This document shows positions 1 through 15,400 of a DNA stretch of 64,000 nucleotides, piece after piece. How positions within the stretch are numbered: position 1 is the first letter of the stretch; each line of letters starts with the position of its first letter. The notes beneath the pieces were generated by a model. The model was not told where the DNA came from. It did no database searches and saw nothing but the letters and a program-made list of their open reading frames with translations. The stretch comes from Paragordius varius (taxonomy: Eukaryota; Animalia; Nematomorpha), in NCBI GenBank assembly GCA_964247055.1, contig OZ176057.1, positions 5,146,001 through 5,210,000 of the forward strand, in the 5' to 3' direction. Position numbers and translations under genes: made by a program.

Positions 1-680
1 TTATTGCTTTTATGTCACTCAAAACAGCCATTTTTAAGTTTTTTGTTTTTTAAAAATTACCATCTCATCAATATTAATTTATTTTCTTTACGAGGCTGAT
101 AATTTCGAAATTTTTAAAATAATAACAAGGTTTAAGGTATTTTTGATCTTTTATAGCCATTATGTAATAAATTTACAGTTATAACTATGCATTTTTTATA
201 TCCACTAGGCAAAATATTTATGACAATAATAAATTTTATCAAAAAGGCAAACCAAAAGCTTTTTCAAACATTTTTTTAAATTAAATACTAATATAACCCT
301 AATAATTATATTAAAATAATATATATGATTTTCAAATTAGTTTGTCTGTGAAAATTCTTGACTTATTTATGGATTGAAAATTTCGACCATTTAAATCCAA
401 ATAACTTTTACATCCGATTGATTTAAATGACTTATTACCATTTAAAAGATGCAGTTTTTTGCGCTCTTTCGAATGATATAAAATACATGGCTTCATATTT
501 AAAACTTTTAATTTTCGAAATTTTGAGTTTAATGTTAAATCGGGGCCAAAAATTATCGATAAACTCTAATATAAAAAAATTCTTTCATGCTAGACCAATT
601 TTCTTTTCACATATACTAATTATGTACTTTAATAAAATAAATTTTTAATTTACAAGAATGGCAGTTAAAAAAAGTTAAAA
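1..680. repeat. Dispersed ~660-bp repeat; inverted copy at about 35020-35660
   Basis: TTTTTGATCTTTTATAGCCATTAT and flanks match 35500-35660 in reverse complement. Confidence 0.8.
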
Positions 681-1402
681 TTTGTTGTCTAGTGATATAT
701 ATATAGATATATATATATATACCACTTTGACGTAAGCAGAAATTTAATAGAAATCTTTTGTCTTATATTTAAAGGTAATTCTTGGCCTATATATATATAT
801 ATTATTTATATATAATTAAAATAAAATATTTAATGTGTTGAAAACAGAGAAATTCATATTTTTAAATGATGGTTTTGGCTTTTGCGTACAACAATATGTC
901 TGCACTGTAATAGCTAATAATAATTTTATCATGCCAATTTTTAATGTATTGGAAAACCAGGGGAGAGATTAAAAAAACGTACTTTTTATAAAGAGTAAAT
1001 ACTATTTTTCAACACGCTACATTTATGAAAGCCTAACTCTAGGAATATTTTATTATAGTTATCATCTCTAAATCATATTTAGATCCTTTTTTCATTGTTA
1101 TTGATTTTGAAAATTTTATTTGTGGTGGATAATTATGGTTGTCTTTACGTTAAATTAATTTTTCTTACAGTGCGTTTCTTTATTAATAATTTTGTAAAGA
1201 CACCAACGCTGCTAAAACATTTCTATATCCACCATATGGCTAGAACGATATTTTTGATTGGAAAAATGTTACTATTTCGGTTAGGAATATATAAAGTAAA
1301 AAAACAAGTAATTTATATAGGCAAGTTATAATGCTCACTATCATATAATGTATAAATGTTTTGAAAGTAAATAACGAAAGTTATTATTGGTTATTTCGAG
1401 TT

Positions 1403-1910
1403 CAGAGGTGTAGCTAGGCAAAATGGGGACTGATGCCCCGGGTACGCCGAATTATTTTACTTTAAAAAATGGGTATTTATAAGTTATTACAGTAAATATT
1501 GAAATTATACGGACAAAACGTAAAAATATAAGGACAATTTTTTTTAGGACAACCATACTTTATCAAACCTTAATTTATCTTATTATATGTTTATAGCATT
1601 TATATGTAAATGATTGTGTAACCAATATACATCTCTATTTTATACTTAAGAATTTAAAAACAATGAGTTATATTTAAAATCAAATTTAATAAGTATGGTT
1701 GTCTTTTAAAAAATATTTGTCTTTATATTTTTCCGTTTTTTACGTATAAGTTTTTATTGTATTTTTAATGACTCATAAAAAATGACCCATTTATGAGTGG
1801 TCATGACCACGGTTTAAATTTGTTTACTTTTTAAGTGAAAGAGGTCGCATGGAGGGGGCGCCATTCCGGATTCATACACCGGGCACCAGAAATGCAAGCT
1901 ACGCCTTTGT
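1403..1910. mobile_element. MITE (CAGAGGTGTAGCT...AGCTACGCCTTTG) containing a nested CAGT-type MITE at about 1490-1760
   Basis: Terminal inverted repeats; the inner element has ~80-bp TIRs CAGTAAA(T/A)ATTGAAATTATACGGACAAAACG. Confidence 0.65.
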
Positions 1911-2364
1911 TCAATATTTTATGTGTGGCTAAAATTTGATTTACATGTCTGGTGCCATGAATGGGAATTTTCGATTTTAATTACATGAATAAAATTAAAA
2001 CATTTCAATAAGTAAAAAAGCGATGAATTCATAAAAACAAACACAGATAGATGAATAAATTCTTTCAGCCAATTAAAGTTCTAAAATGACCAATAATAGC
2101 TTTTGTTAGTCTATTTTTTAACGACAAAGTCATTTTTGCTAAAATCAATTAACAATCCTTTATATGGAATTTTTTTTTATTTTTTACAGTTGTATAACCT
2201 CTTAAATATAGCTTTGAAATTGACCAGGTGGTATAAAATCAAACTGAACAATTTCAGAAATTTCGGTATGCAATTGTATTATTTTTTCACTGATAATTTG
2301 TTTTTATTTGTCAATTATTTAGCAATTTTATAAAACAATCGAAATATTTGGGGAAAAGTTTATT

Positions 2365-2945
2365 AACACTTGGATACAACACATTAATTTCAGTCCTTCG
2401 TTTCAAATTGGGGTTATACCCCAGACCTGTTTAAAATGAAATAATTCAAAAAATATGGAATGAAATGATGGCAAAAATTAGCACAATTATAACATTAGCG
2501 GACCGAAATATATAAAAAAATTTATTCAAAAATACTTGATATTCCTTATTTTTAGGTAAAGCCTTAAGGTAAAAATTTAGTCAACTTGACATGTGTGCAT
2601 TAGCTAAATTTAAATATAAAATAAACCACTTTTTCTGTTTCTATTAATGTTAGATTTGATTTAAATAAATTATTAGCTTTCATATTAGCTTTAAAATCAA
2701 ATAAGCGCGATATTTTTAAAAAACTTTGTAAAAAAACTGGCGGCGAAGTAGTTTGATATGGAACTTTTTTTCAAAACGAAATTTAATTTAAAAATTTTGG
2801 TTTTTTAATGTAATTTTTATTAGGGTAGAAGCATAATTTGAATTGGGCCGTTTCTTCCAGTTTTTTTAAAAATTTAACTTAACTGTGGTCTGGGGTATTT
2901 AGTACCCCAATTTAAATCCGTTTAATATAATTTTTAAAATACTAT
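2365..2945. mobile_element. ~580-bp dispersed repeat family (AACACTTGGATACAACACATT...); copies at about 31903-32260, 39830-40425 (inverted) and 41745-44110 (split by Harbinger copy 1)
   Basis: Shared CAGTCCTTCG.TTCAAATTGGGG and CCCCAG motifs. Confidence 0.8.
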
Positions 2946-3649
2946 TTTGAAAAATCATCAAGCTGTATTTTATTGTTTACAAAATTTTTTTGTTTACACA
3001 TTTTTGGAGTTATTATGGTATTCTGCAACACTTTGTGTGTTAAATATACCATTTTCAAGCAAATGCAACATTTTTTCAAGCAAGACAATCTTTTCAAGCG
3101 ATCCCAACATTTTCAGTGGCTTTTAATTGGAAAAATATTTTTGATTGAAAAATGGTATAAATAACAATTAATCTTAATTGATTTAATTATGAACTTTTTG
3201 GTTTATTTTTATAAAAAGATGGAACGTATGAACATCACGAAATGAATCCATTTTTGCATCGAATTAACAGGTCACAAATAATGACTTTATTTTGTAAATC
3301 CAAAGCGAAAAAATGGGTTTTATTTTGTTAGGCCGTTCCATCCACAATAGCGCGAAATCGCTTCGGCAAGAAAACCACCCTTATCTTATTCATTAAATAC
3401 ATACACTGTGTGTGCAAAAAAGGGTTATTTTTTTACACAAAATTTCTCATGAGATATTATGACCAGCGAATTCATTTGCCGCAAATGTTTTTATTTGTTG
3501 ACGACTTAGTTTTTGAAATATTGAGAGAAAATCAAAATTGGGTAAAAACGTGAAATTAAATATAATTCATTATTATCATTTTAGGAGGTATTTACAATAA
3601 ATAAATAGCCTAAAATCATATAGGTAGGGTTTTTATTAAGACCCAGATC

Positions 3650-4770
3650 AAAAAATCGCGTTGAAATCTTTAGATCTCAATGAAAAAACCGTCGAGGAAG
3701 CTACAATGAATGCTAATGTCCTAAACAAGGGTAAAACAAATGAAAGTTAATTCTCACAACCTTTTAATATACAAAAAAACGAGTTGAAAGCCTGATAGAA
3801 CCTACTTTACCTGAATCATCGATTAAAAATACTACGCTCAATGTAAAACACTATTTTAACGCTGTTAGACGCCGGACACAAAGTTTGGAATATTAACCCG
3901 ACCTGGATAATGATCTCACTCCATAGGTAGAGAACATGGCATGTCAATTAAGCCGACCCAATAGGTGGAATTTTAATACGCCAACATGGAGCGGCTTTTA
4001 GCCCGGCCGAGGGGTACTACTGGTTGGTAGCTATCGTTAGCGCCGCCTCTGGGTGGATGCAGATATGCTTATACTGATTTCAATTCAGACTATTCTAAAC
4101 TACCTGTAAAAGCATTATGCTGGATTTCCTTGTCAAATCATAATTGACAATACCAGCTCCTTTGCATAAAAGAATTCGAGTTAGTGTTATAAAAATTTAA
4201 TATTAACATCCACGCTACATCCTATCACCCAAAGACCAACGGGTTGGTAGGAGGAGTATCAAAAACCTTGTAAACTAAATATTACTCCACCAAAGCCGAC
4301 TCAATGCATGCATATGAAGAAATGAACAATGTTTTATAATGTTAAAGGGCGAGTTTCCATGCGTCCTTAAAAAAGTTTTTTCGGCTTTGGTCCTAAAACG
4401 TTAAGTTCACAACCCTATTTCGTGGATAAAGTCGACTCCAGCCAAATTTATAGAACATGAAGTAAAACCGTGTCGTGAATTTCTGCCCAATCAACCTATC
4501 TACATAAAAAATGATTTGAATAAGGGGTGGAAGCAGGGACATATAATAGAATAAAGATGACTCCTATCTTACGAAATCAAGGCCTAGAAGGGAATCAATG
4601 GAAAACCCGCGGATCAGCTATGCGGAAGATTAGATCTCGATACGGCTCATGCAGCACGTGTGTTGAATACCCTGGTTTAAATATTGTTCTACTACTGACA
4701 TATATTCTGAAATGGGATTCAGTCTAGAGTTACATGTGTATTCTTTCCCCTTCCTGGGGGGGGGTTATCA
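3650..4770 (+). mobile_element. Degenerate Ty3/Gypsy integrase remnant
   Basis: NIHATSYHPKTNGLVG (4204-4250) and EFLPNQPIYIKNDLNKGWKQG; many stops; G-run at ~4755-4764 may be a PPT remnant. Confidence 0.7.
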
Positions 4771-5567
4771 TGCGCGTTTCACTTATTAATAATAATGGTT
4801 GGTGATCGTTTGAGCAGTTACAACATTTCTTAGTTTTAGCATTTTTGAAAAAATTTATTTTCAAAAAAAGGTATCCAAAAACAAACTAAAGAAAATTTAT
4901 TATCGTATAAATATATAAGAGTAGCAAGAATGATGTATGTATGTAATGATATAAAATAATAAAATATAGGGTGCCTGCGTTGGTTTACAACCATTCATTT
5001 TACCAATATATCAAATATATATTATCAAGTATAATAATCACTATTCACGATTAAATTTCAAAATTCATCTAAAAAAAGTTAGTTTCAGATTTACATTTCC
5101 ATTTTCAATTCAAACAAGGCTGTAACAGATTCTTTTGGCGACATATACAGTGGATATATAAAATATTTCATATCAATCGATATTCAAATAAAAAGTTTAT
5201 ATAATAATGTAAAGTAATAAATTATTCGAGCTAAAAAAATAAACTAAAAATGATTGATTGCAATACAGAGGAGAAAAATATTTAAACACCTGGGTACAAT
5301 TTTATAATGATGAGAGAATATGGCGGGAAAAAACAATTTTATTTTGGTTGGTTATTTAAAAAATCAACTAAAAATACAGTTTTTTATATAGGTAGGGTGG
5401 GTTAATACTTTGCTAAGTAAAACATACCTATATATGAGTGGGGGGAAAATTAATTAATTAATTTTTAAAAATTATTTTAAATAATAAAATAAACTCATAT
5501 TTATTTTATAAACACAAAAATGTTGGTCATTCATACATAATAACTGGTGTAGTAAACAGCTGTCCTC

Positions 5568-5660
5568 TTATAATTCAGAATGATCATGGCCCTCGTGATG
5601 GGCGCCGCCATCTTGTTCGTCGTCTTCATCATATGGTTCATCCCCTTCTTCCTCGTTTTC
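5568..5660 (-). CDS. P4HB: PDI last exon, acidic tail with KDEL-like HSEL
   Basis: [30 protein letters not shown]. Confidence 0.9.
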   Translation of the reverse strand, partial: ENEEEGDEPYDEDDEQDGGAHHEGHDHSEL

Positions 5661-8600
5661 CTATGAAATAAATTAAAAAATATTTTTATTATATTTTAAA
5701 TTTAAAAAATTAATTTGAGAAGGATTTAATTAGGAATATTGAATTTATTAAACAAATATTATATTTTTCCAAGTTTTTTGATTTTTTGGGACATTGGTTT
5801 TTATAAAAAAAGAAGATTTCATAAGGTTTGACCTCTGCATTATTTATTCTGAACTGCAATATACGGAAAAAAAATAATTTTTTGGAAAATATAAATATAT
5901 GTTAGCATTTATTATAAAAATTAAATTAAAAAAAATTTCGAAATAGTAAAAGCACTCAAATAATTTTTGTTTTTTTGGAAAAAAAAATGAAAATAAGTTT
6001 TAAAAAATTTTCAGATACCCCAGTGGAAGCGTATTCTAGACCACCACTTTCAACAAATTTCTTCATAATATCAAGAGTACGTTCGCCTCCAAAATCAATT
6101 GGCTAAATAATTGAAAATAAAAACATATTTTAATAGTGTAAAAATATTCATACAAAAATATAAATTTAGCTTAAACTAAAAATTTAAAATCCACCCTTAA
6201 AAATAAATTATATGTGTATTTGGGATAATCATATAAGTTTAGTATTTTTTCAATCTCATATAAATATGAAAACAAAATATTTTTTGTCTTTAAACGGAAT
6301 TTTATTTTTTTTAATAATAAATAAATATAGAATGGGAATTTTCGATATTCAAAAAACAAATAGTTTATTTTAATTGAATTTGAGGTGTAAAATATTAATA
6401 ACCATTTATAAAAATGAGGATTTGGAATTTCAAATTTTTTTTAATAAAATAATGTAAATAAAACATGCATTTTTGAGAATCTAAACTTTCCGTTGCATTA
6501 GTAAAATTTCTTTTGTGGTTTAAAAAAATGAACATGGCAAAAAAATAAATAAGTTTGGACGTTTCTTGCCATTTTAATTGAAAAAATAAATTAAATTTTA
6601 TAAAACCACCAAAAAAATGTTTTTTGTTCAATTTTTAATAAAAAATCTAAAAAAAAAACGTTACTTTTTTAACTGTTTCGCCCTCTTTGAGAGCTGGGAA
6701 AAGTTTTATGGTCGGAAAACTGCTAACTGTAATGCCCTCAACTTCATTCGCGGTAGAATCCATTTTAGCAATAGTTACCTATTATTAGAAAAAAATCTTT
6801 TATAAAAAAAATATATACCGTAATAATTGAAATTTATTTATATACATATACAATTGTTGATTTAAAGTAAAAATCAAACTTATAAATATACAGTAAAAAT
6901 TGAAATTATACAGAACAAAACGTAAAAATATAAAGACAAACTTTTTTTTTCAAAAAACAGACAACCATACTTTTTCATGCCTAAATTTTTCCTCTATAAG
7001 CTATTTAATACAATAGCGAAATACATATTGATTGTGTAACCAAAATACATCATTGATTATTTCATACTTTGCAGTTTAAAACAATGAGTTATATTTAAAA
7101 AAATCAAGGATTAAAAAGTATGGGGTTGTTATCTTTTGAAGTGCAAAAAATATTTGTCTTTTTATTTTTACGTTTAGTCCGTCCTTATAATTACAATTTT
7201 TACGGTTAACAACCAATTGTAAAAAAATATAATCATACATTTTTATGACAATTTTAAATTCTCTTGGAGTCGGAAATTCAAATTATATATATTAATATAT
7301 TCCAAAAACCATTTGTGTTTCAAAAAAATAAATAATATATCAAGTTTTTTTTTATTAAATTTTCTCTTTTACAAAAAGGAAAATTAAAAATAAAATCTCA
7401 CTTTTAGGTCAGGGTGTTGTTCAAAATATTGTCCCAATTCAGCATAAATAGGTTCCAGGGCTTTACAGTGACCACACCAGGGGGCATCTTTGAAAAAAAT
7501 AAAAAATATTATAACACAATAAAAAAATTAGTATTCATTTGACTTATTATACCACAACATTCTTTTTTGGAGAGGGTTTTAAAAAGTTAAAATATCTATA
7601 GTATTGCAAAAACACGTTAATTCACTTAAAAAAGATGATAGAAAAGCCAAATTAAATAATATAAATTTCGTTCAACTTTAAAAAAAAGCGAAAAAAAAAC
7701 TTACAAAACTCAACTAAAACATTCTGTTTGGGGTCCATAACGACTTGCTCGAAATTTTGTCCGACTACAATCTTAACTGGGCTTTTATCCCAATCTTCGG
7801 GTACGTTTTGAGACAACAGATGAGGCTATGAAATAAATAATTTTTATAAGTTTTTTTTAATATAAAACAAACTTTTCCTATTTCGATTTTGTTTACAATT
7901 TTAATATTTATTGTATTGTTTGGATTAACCTTTTTTTAAATATTATATAATATAATTGAAATCTTACTTATAGTTTATTAATAATAAATTAAACTAAATC
8001 TCTGATTAATCATTATTTATTGAAAAAAAGGACTTATACAGCCAAACATTTAATTAAATTTTCAAAATTTAAAAAATGTCACCAAACCTTCTCAAAAACT
8101 ACTACTATTTTAATCTTGTTAAGAAATCTTCACATTTTATAAACAAAAAACTAATTGTTTCAATCAATCCGAATAAACCTAGCAAAAACAACAACACTTT
8201 GGTCTTACCTTAAGTTTGCCCTGCATAAATTGTTCACCCCATTGTACAATTTCTTGTAGTGGAATAATATGTCCCGAGTGTTTTTCTTTATGCGTTTCCT
8301 CATACTCGGGTTTATACTTTTTCATTTCAGGCGCCAAATCTATAATACGAAGCGTAGGTAAGTCCGAGTGAGCAATGCCAAAAAATTCCAATATTCTTCC
8401 ATTCATATCATCACCGGAATCAAGGAAAACGGATAAAAGCTATAATGTAACACATAATGAGTGTGTGATATGTTTTAAGATAGATAAACATATTAGCAAC
8501 AGTACAGTATTGGTTAATCACTAAATTTTAAGTAAAACATAAAAGACAAAATAAAAAGTAAAAACACTTAAAAATGTTTCAAATGTATCGTCTGATTACA

Positions 8601-11600
8601 TAAATAAAGACAACCAAACGTTTTTTTACGATTTTTGATTATCCGTTTATGATTGAAAAAAAAATAAATGAGTAGATTTTTTTTTATAAAAAACCAAGTT
8701 TGTAAAAAATCAGATGGCAAAAAATTTGAAAAGACTAATAATATTTTTTGAGATAATAAAAGCAATGATATTTTTTAAACCTCAATTTTTATAAAATAAC
8801 TCAAGTTGTATTGGATAATCAGTAAAATTTTAAAAGTAAATGGAAAAATTTGAAAAGACAAATAATATTTTTTTGCGTGATAATAAATACAAAGATATTT
8901 TTCAGTCCTTGATTTTCACGTTTTTTTGTCACAAAAAAAGTATGGTTTTCAATTCACTTTCTTTCCCTCTTTCTCCGAACAAAATAAATGATTAAACTTT
9001 TTGGTCTTAAAACAATTTTATTTTTTTCCATTTTATTGAATAATTTCAAAGTTTCTTTTATAAAAAAATCTTTTTTTTTACCTTTCCTTGGAGTGCTTTT
9101 GCTGCTTCACGGAAAATTTTCATATTAGCTTCGTGATTAGGCGCTGTTTTATTTTCAAACAAGAGCACGTGTTTAGTATGTTCGGCTGTAAAGATTTTTG
9201 GGGCGGCCTACACATAACAAATAAAATAAAAATTATACGGACAAATATTCGTTTCAAAAGTTTAAATTTACCCTTTGTCAATTATTCAACCTCGAACAAT
9301 TTAAATTTACCTAAAAATGAAATATGTGTTTTCAAACTAATATAACTCATTATAAATAGGAAATATATCTTTATGGTATTGTTTTTTATTTTTTCAGTAT
9401 TATTTTATAAAACAAAATTTTATTTTTTTTTAAAAAATATATCTTTATGGCATAGTTTATTTTATTTTTTCAGTATTATTAATTTATTTGAGGCTAAATT
9501 TGAATTGTAAATGGTATATTATTTTAAAAGTTTAAGGTAGACCTTGATTTATAAAAAATTATTCAATTGATTGTAAAGTGTATAATTGATTGTGTTATGT
9601 TACCAATATGCATCTCTATTTCATTATCCTAAATCTTATATGTTAAAAATAACACAAGTGTAAAAAATTATTTTTTACGTTTTGTCCGTATAACTTTAAT
9701 TAGTATAATTGAAACATTTATTTAAAAAACTGCGAACATACAAAAAGCATTATTATTGGTGAATTGTAGAAAAAAGCGTTTAAAGTTAATTATATGGCTC
9801 TTACTGTATGGTTACAGTAAAAATTAAAATAATACGGAGAAAAAACGTATAAAAATAAAAAGACAAATATTCTTATCTATAAGACAACCATACTTTAAAT
9901 TTATACTTGTTAAATACTTTAATAAAATTTCTGCAAATTATGTAAAAATAAAAATTGAAAAAAAAGAGCTTTAAAAGTCCAAAGTATATTTCTTGAGCAC
10001 TTAAAAAAATCCCTGTATATATGAATAAAAAAATATTTTTTGAAAGTTTTACTAGGACTATTTGAGTATTTTAAATCAAAATTTCTCCAAATTTCAAATA
10101 TAAAAATTCTAGTTATACTTCAAAGTAGACTTTAATGATTCCGCAAATATTAAAAAATTAAATTCTTACTTCTTGGGTAAATTCTGACACGAGGGGCATC
10201 GAATATTTCTTGATGAAAGCTTTGAGGTCAGAACCATCAAAGCCATCATAGTGATGTACATTATCTTCGTTTTCAAACTATAAAACATAATCAAAATTAA
10301 AAAACTTTTTGGGTTGGACTTAAAAAAAACATGGGTAAAAAATGGGCTATATTTTTAAATAAATGACTTACATTTATAAATGGGACTAGTTAGTATTGCT
10401 AAATGTAAAAAAAAATCAATTCATAAAGATAGATGAGTATTTGCAACAAAAAGGTAAATATTCTAAATTACTTAAAAGCTTTTAAAAAAAGTTTCTTTCC
10501 CAACTAATAAAAAGGCCAAGTATTAAATATTTTTGAAGAAAAATCAAAATATTCATATTTAAGTATATCAGTAAAAAAATATAATCATTTCGAATTTTTT
10601 AAAAAAGAAAAAAAACCAACATTTCTAAGGAGTGCCAGACCACGTGGGTGACTTTTTGCATCAATCCCAAAGGTGTGAGCCAAATCAGCTGATGTGGTGT
10701 ATAAAAAAGGAATGGCATCCCAATCACCAGCAACCTTGGTATATTCGACAAACTCAGAACCGGTATCAGGATCCTAAAACGGAATATATAAATTTTATAA
10801 AAAAACTTTTATTTTAACTTACTGTCTCTATTCTTAAATTAAAATGGATATAATATGTTATGATACAATATATATATATATATATAGATATTGTAAGTGC
10901 TTTGTATTACTAAATAAGTAAAAAAAATTTAATCATAAAAGATAAAAAGTGATGTATATATACCTTAAAATAGGAAGCAATACGAAATCATTGAGATCAG
11001 TATATGTCAAAATTTAATACGAAAAAAACTCATAAACATCGATTATATCAATTTAAACCAAAATAACACCAAAAAATTAATATTAACAAATGTCAATGTA
11101 AATCGTTTCAAAAAAATTTTTAAAGGGCTGCAAAAAATATTTATGTTGACTCTATCACCATACTGAAACTATAAAAATTTGCAAACGTGTATACTCTTAA
11201 AAGGCCACACACTCGGTTTAAGTATCGCTGGTTTAAATCAACCAGAGTTATAATTCCAAAAGACTAAATAGAAAAAAAAATTTTTTTTTTATCAAAGTCA
11301 AAGGTGTTTATTACCTTAAAGTAGGCAAAAGCAACGACATCATTGATATCACTCAAGGCTTTAACTTGGTCTTCAGTTTCAACTCGTTTAATAGCCGGTT
11401 CCAATTTTTTCGTTATCCATTGAAACATGGCCTGGGCATCCCGACCTCCATCTAATCACACAATATATAAGTTTGAAGCAACCAAATATAAATATGCTAT
11501 ACCACATTTCATACTTTTTTTTTACTACATTTAACTTAAATAAAAATTACGGCAAAATATGATATAAACTTTTGTAATGAAGCTAGGAATGATAATAAAC

Positions 11601-12426
11601 AGCAATAAAATGGTGAATAAACCATAATGAACATAGAAATATATCAATTAACTAATTATCAAAAAAATGGATAAAAATTAGAGAGAGAGATCATATTAAG
11701 CTAAAAATAATGGTTAATCCTGTACACTATCTTAGATTAAAAGGATTTTCTGGCAAATTATACCATTAAAATTCACCATTAAACATTTCAAATTGGTCCT
11801 TAAACAATTTAAATTTACCCTTGAAGGTTTAAAAATTCATTCTTAAACATTTCCAATTTTCCCAAAAAATAAATATGAGTTTTTGGGAATCGAAAATAAA
11901 ATTATATTTAATATAGAGAAAACAATGTTAAACTATTAATTTTGAAGAATATTTAATAACGACATAATATGGAGATTATTATTATTTGCCACATATTGCT
12001 TGATAGGAAAGTTTCTATGACTTCTAATTGTAAAGGTAGGCAAATAATAATAATCTCCATATTATGTCGTTATTAAAATATACCATGAGGGTATATTTGG
12101 CATTTCAATAAAGAGCATGTTGAATTAGCCAGAAATTACAAAATGTTTTTTGGGGGTGAATTTAAAATGTTTAAGGGTTAAATTTGAGGTGTAAATGGTA
12201 TAATAAGTTATGAAAGTGAAATGTAGTTTGATCTGGAACTTTTTTTCAAAACTCAATTTTAAAGGTAAATTTGGCGTATCTACTTATTCTTGATAAGATA
12301 TTAGAAGCTTAAGATTAAACTAAAACCGTTTCTTTCCTAGTAGTTTTTTGTAAAATATCAATTTAAATATTGTCTGGGGGTATATTTAAAAGTAAAAATA
12401 TGGGTTGTTGTTAACTGTATAACTAT

Positions 12427-12472
<46 letters not shown>

Positions 12473-15400
12473 TCACATGCCATATAAATCATTAGTAAAA
12501 CAAAACATATCATTAATAAACGACGAGAATCGAAATAAAAGTCAAACAATCAAGCAGGCAAACAAACAATTTAAATATTGTCTGGGGGTATATTTAGAAG
12601 TGATTTGTTAACTGTATAACTATATACATATATATCACTCCCACATACCATATAAATCATTTAAGAAGTACAAATTAAAGTCGACGAGAATCGAAATAAA
12701 AGTCAAACAAGCAAACAAACATACCATTGGGATAGTCGACAATTTGTGTCGTGTTTCGACGCAATTTGAGCGTAGGATAGGATTGAATTGCAAACATTTT
12801 GGCAAAAGCTGCATTTTCCGTCGCATCAATCTTAGCAATCTTTATGGTTTCACAGATGGCTTGATTAGGATTGTCGGGTGACTTGGCACATTCATCCACC
12901 AGCTGGCCCAATTTACTGTATTCAGGGGCTAGGGCTTTACAGTGACCACACCAGGGTGCATCTAATATGATAAAAGACAGTAAAGTTATACGGACAAAAC
13001 GTGAAATATTAAGACAAACAAATATTCCAAACAATCTTGATTTTTTCAAATATACAGTAGCGTATGGAGTAAAACAATATTCGTCCATAAAAGAATAAAA
13101 AAATGTTTTTTTTTAAAAAAAACAATACTAAATGTAAATACAAATATCAATAATATCCCCTTGTTTTTTTAAATAAAACAATTTATTATTCTATTATGGA
13201 CAAATATTGTTTTACTCCATACGCTACTGTATAAGTAACTCATTGATTTAAACAGTAAAGATTGAGATGTATATTAATATCATAATAAATTATTTATTTC
13301 GGATTTTGTAATTAAATGATTTTTGTAGGATATTAAGTTGTTAGGTTATGTTTAAAAAACAATTTTGTCTTTATATTTTTACATTTTGTCTTTATATTTT
13401 TACATTTTGTCGATATGATTTCCATTTTTACTGTAAAAAGAGATAAATACACACGTTATTTTTTAAGTTTATAAAAATTATATATTGTATGGACATTTGC
13501 TGCCTTATTCACATTGTAATTGGTTGATTGGTAAACACACACTAGTGGCAAAAAAACAACAAAATGCTAAAATTTTACAATTTTTGTTATTTTTTCCTAT
13601 CTTACATTATACTTTAATAATTTTAATCATTGTGTTTTGTTGTTTTTTCATACACACTACTGTGTTACCAATCAACCAACCAAACAGCATTAATTTTGCT
13701 GAAAAAACAAACATACCTAAATCACACGATTTTATAATAACATTTTAAGTTCAAAATCGTAAACAAATTTATCTAGGTAACATCAGTAATGATAATGGGG
13801 ATGCCCAAACAACCATATCACATAGAATCAACTCGACTGGGCAAAATTTAACCAACTCAATTATGTATTAACACATAAGACATAACCGTCTAGGCCTACA
13901 AAAGCATCAAAATCAGGACTATAAAGAAGGGGAGATATAATGATAAAATATATGAGGATAAATACCACCATAAATGAACTAGTACCAATAACAGTTTTTA
14001 TCAAAACAAATAGATTTCGTTATTTTGGCCACATAGACAGATCTAGTCTCTGTAAAAGAAATTTTTGATTTACATATCCCTACTCTCGCACTCCCCTAAC
14101 TAAAAAGAGAGGCCTAAAAAAACTTGAATCAAATCATAGAACAGGACTTTAAATTCCTAAACATAGCTCGAAATGCAACAAAAGATAGAGATATATATTG
14201 TTAATTAATCGATAGAATATAAGTATCTGGGCCAAAAAAATAATACTCAATGTATTAAACAGGGGTGCCAACACGTGGCCCGCAAAAAATTTGTAAATTC
14301 GTAAATTTATAAAAAAAGTGTTCATAAAATCTGAGTAAAATTGATAATTCTTAATAATAAACAATTTTTCCAAATAAGTCTATCCATTTGGCAACGTAAA
14401 AATGTGTTATATTGTGTGTGCTGACATTTTACTGTCTTATATTATAATCAAACAAAGTAATTAATATGAATTTCCGGTCTGAAAATGCGGCCCAACAAAT
14501 AATTTTATAAAGAAAAAATTCTGCCTGCGATGCCATTTTTGTTGAAGACCCCCACACCCGACTGTTCTAAATATTAATTGTACATAATAGTCTGTATACG
14601 TTGAATGGCTCCAATCGTGTATAACAATAAAAATTTATATATATATATATATATGTCCATAAAATAGAAATAAAAATTTATATAAATGTGCTCAGTATAT
14701 ACATGACAAATCAACTAGAAATGCGAATTTAGGTCAACTACGTTTGTTTTCGTTGGTTGGCAGGTCTTTCTAAAAAATATTTTTTGCTTTAAAAAAATCT
14801 AATTTTGCATTACATTTTAGCAAAAATCACGAGTATATACTTTGAACTTTTATAGTGCAACATGAATTTTTTTGATAATTAGTCATTAAAATATATATAA
14901 TTTTTATTTACATTGTAAGTAAAAAACAGCTGATACAATAATGGAGATATGTATATACAGTAAAATTTGTAATTATCTAGATGAATTATTAAAACTAACA
15001 GACAAAATTTTTTTTTATACAAACAAGATTTTTTTATACGGAAAAATCGAAATAGGATATGAAGAAGAGCCCTCAAATATTGATAAATAATAACCCTATA
15101 ATTCTAGTCGGCTAAATATTTACTATGTATTTTTCAGGAAGCTTTAAAACTATAACATAGAATTTGATATTCACCGACTTTAAAATGAACCATTTTTGAT
15201 TAAACATTAATTAAGATATTATATGAATAGGATTAAATAAATCTTGAATTTTTAACTAAAAATAAGGCAAAATTTCCCTTTTACATTTTATTTAGTCCAT
15301 CACCCTGTGACATGATTGCAAAATGTAAAATTCAAAAAAACCTTATCATAACCATACTCAATTTAAAGAAACTTTTTTACTATTGAAAAATAATAATATT

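Noticed and set aside
12962-13088. N-terminal part of ORF 12675..13088 as the PDI start
   Set aside because: It translates intronic MITE sequence, has no signal peptide, and a proper acceptor lies at 12962.
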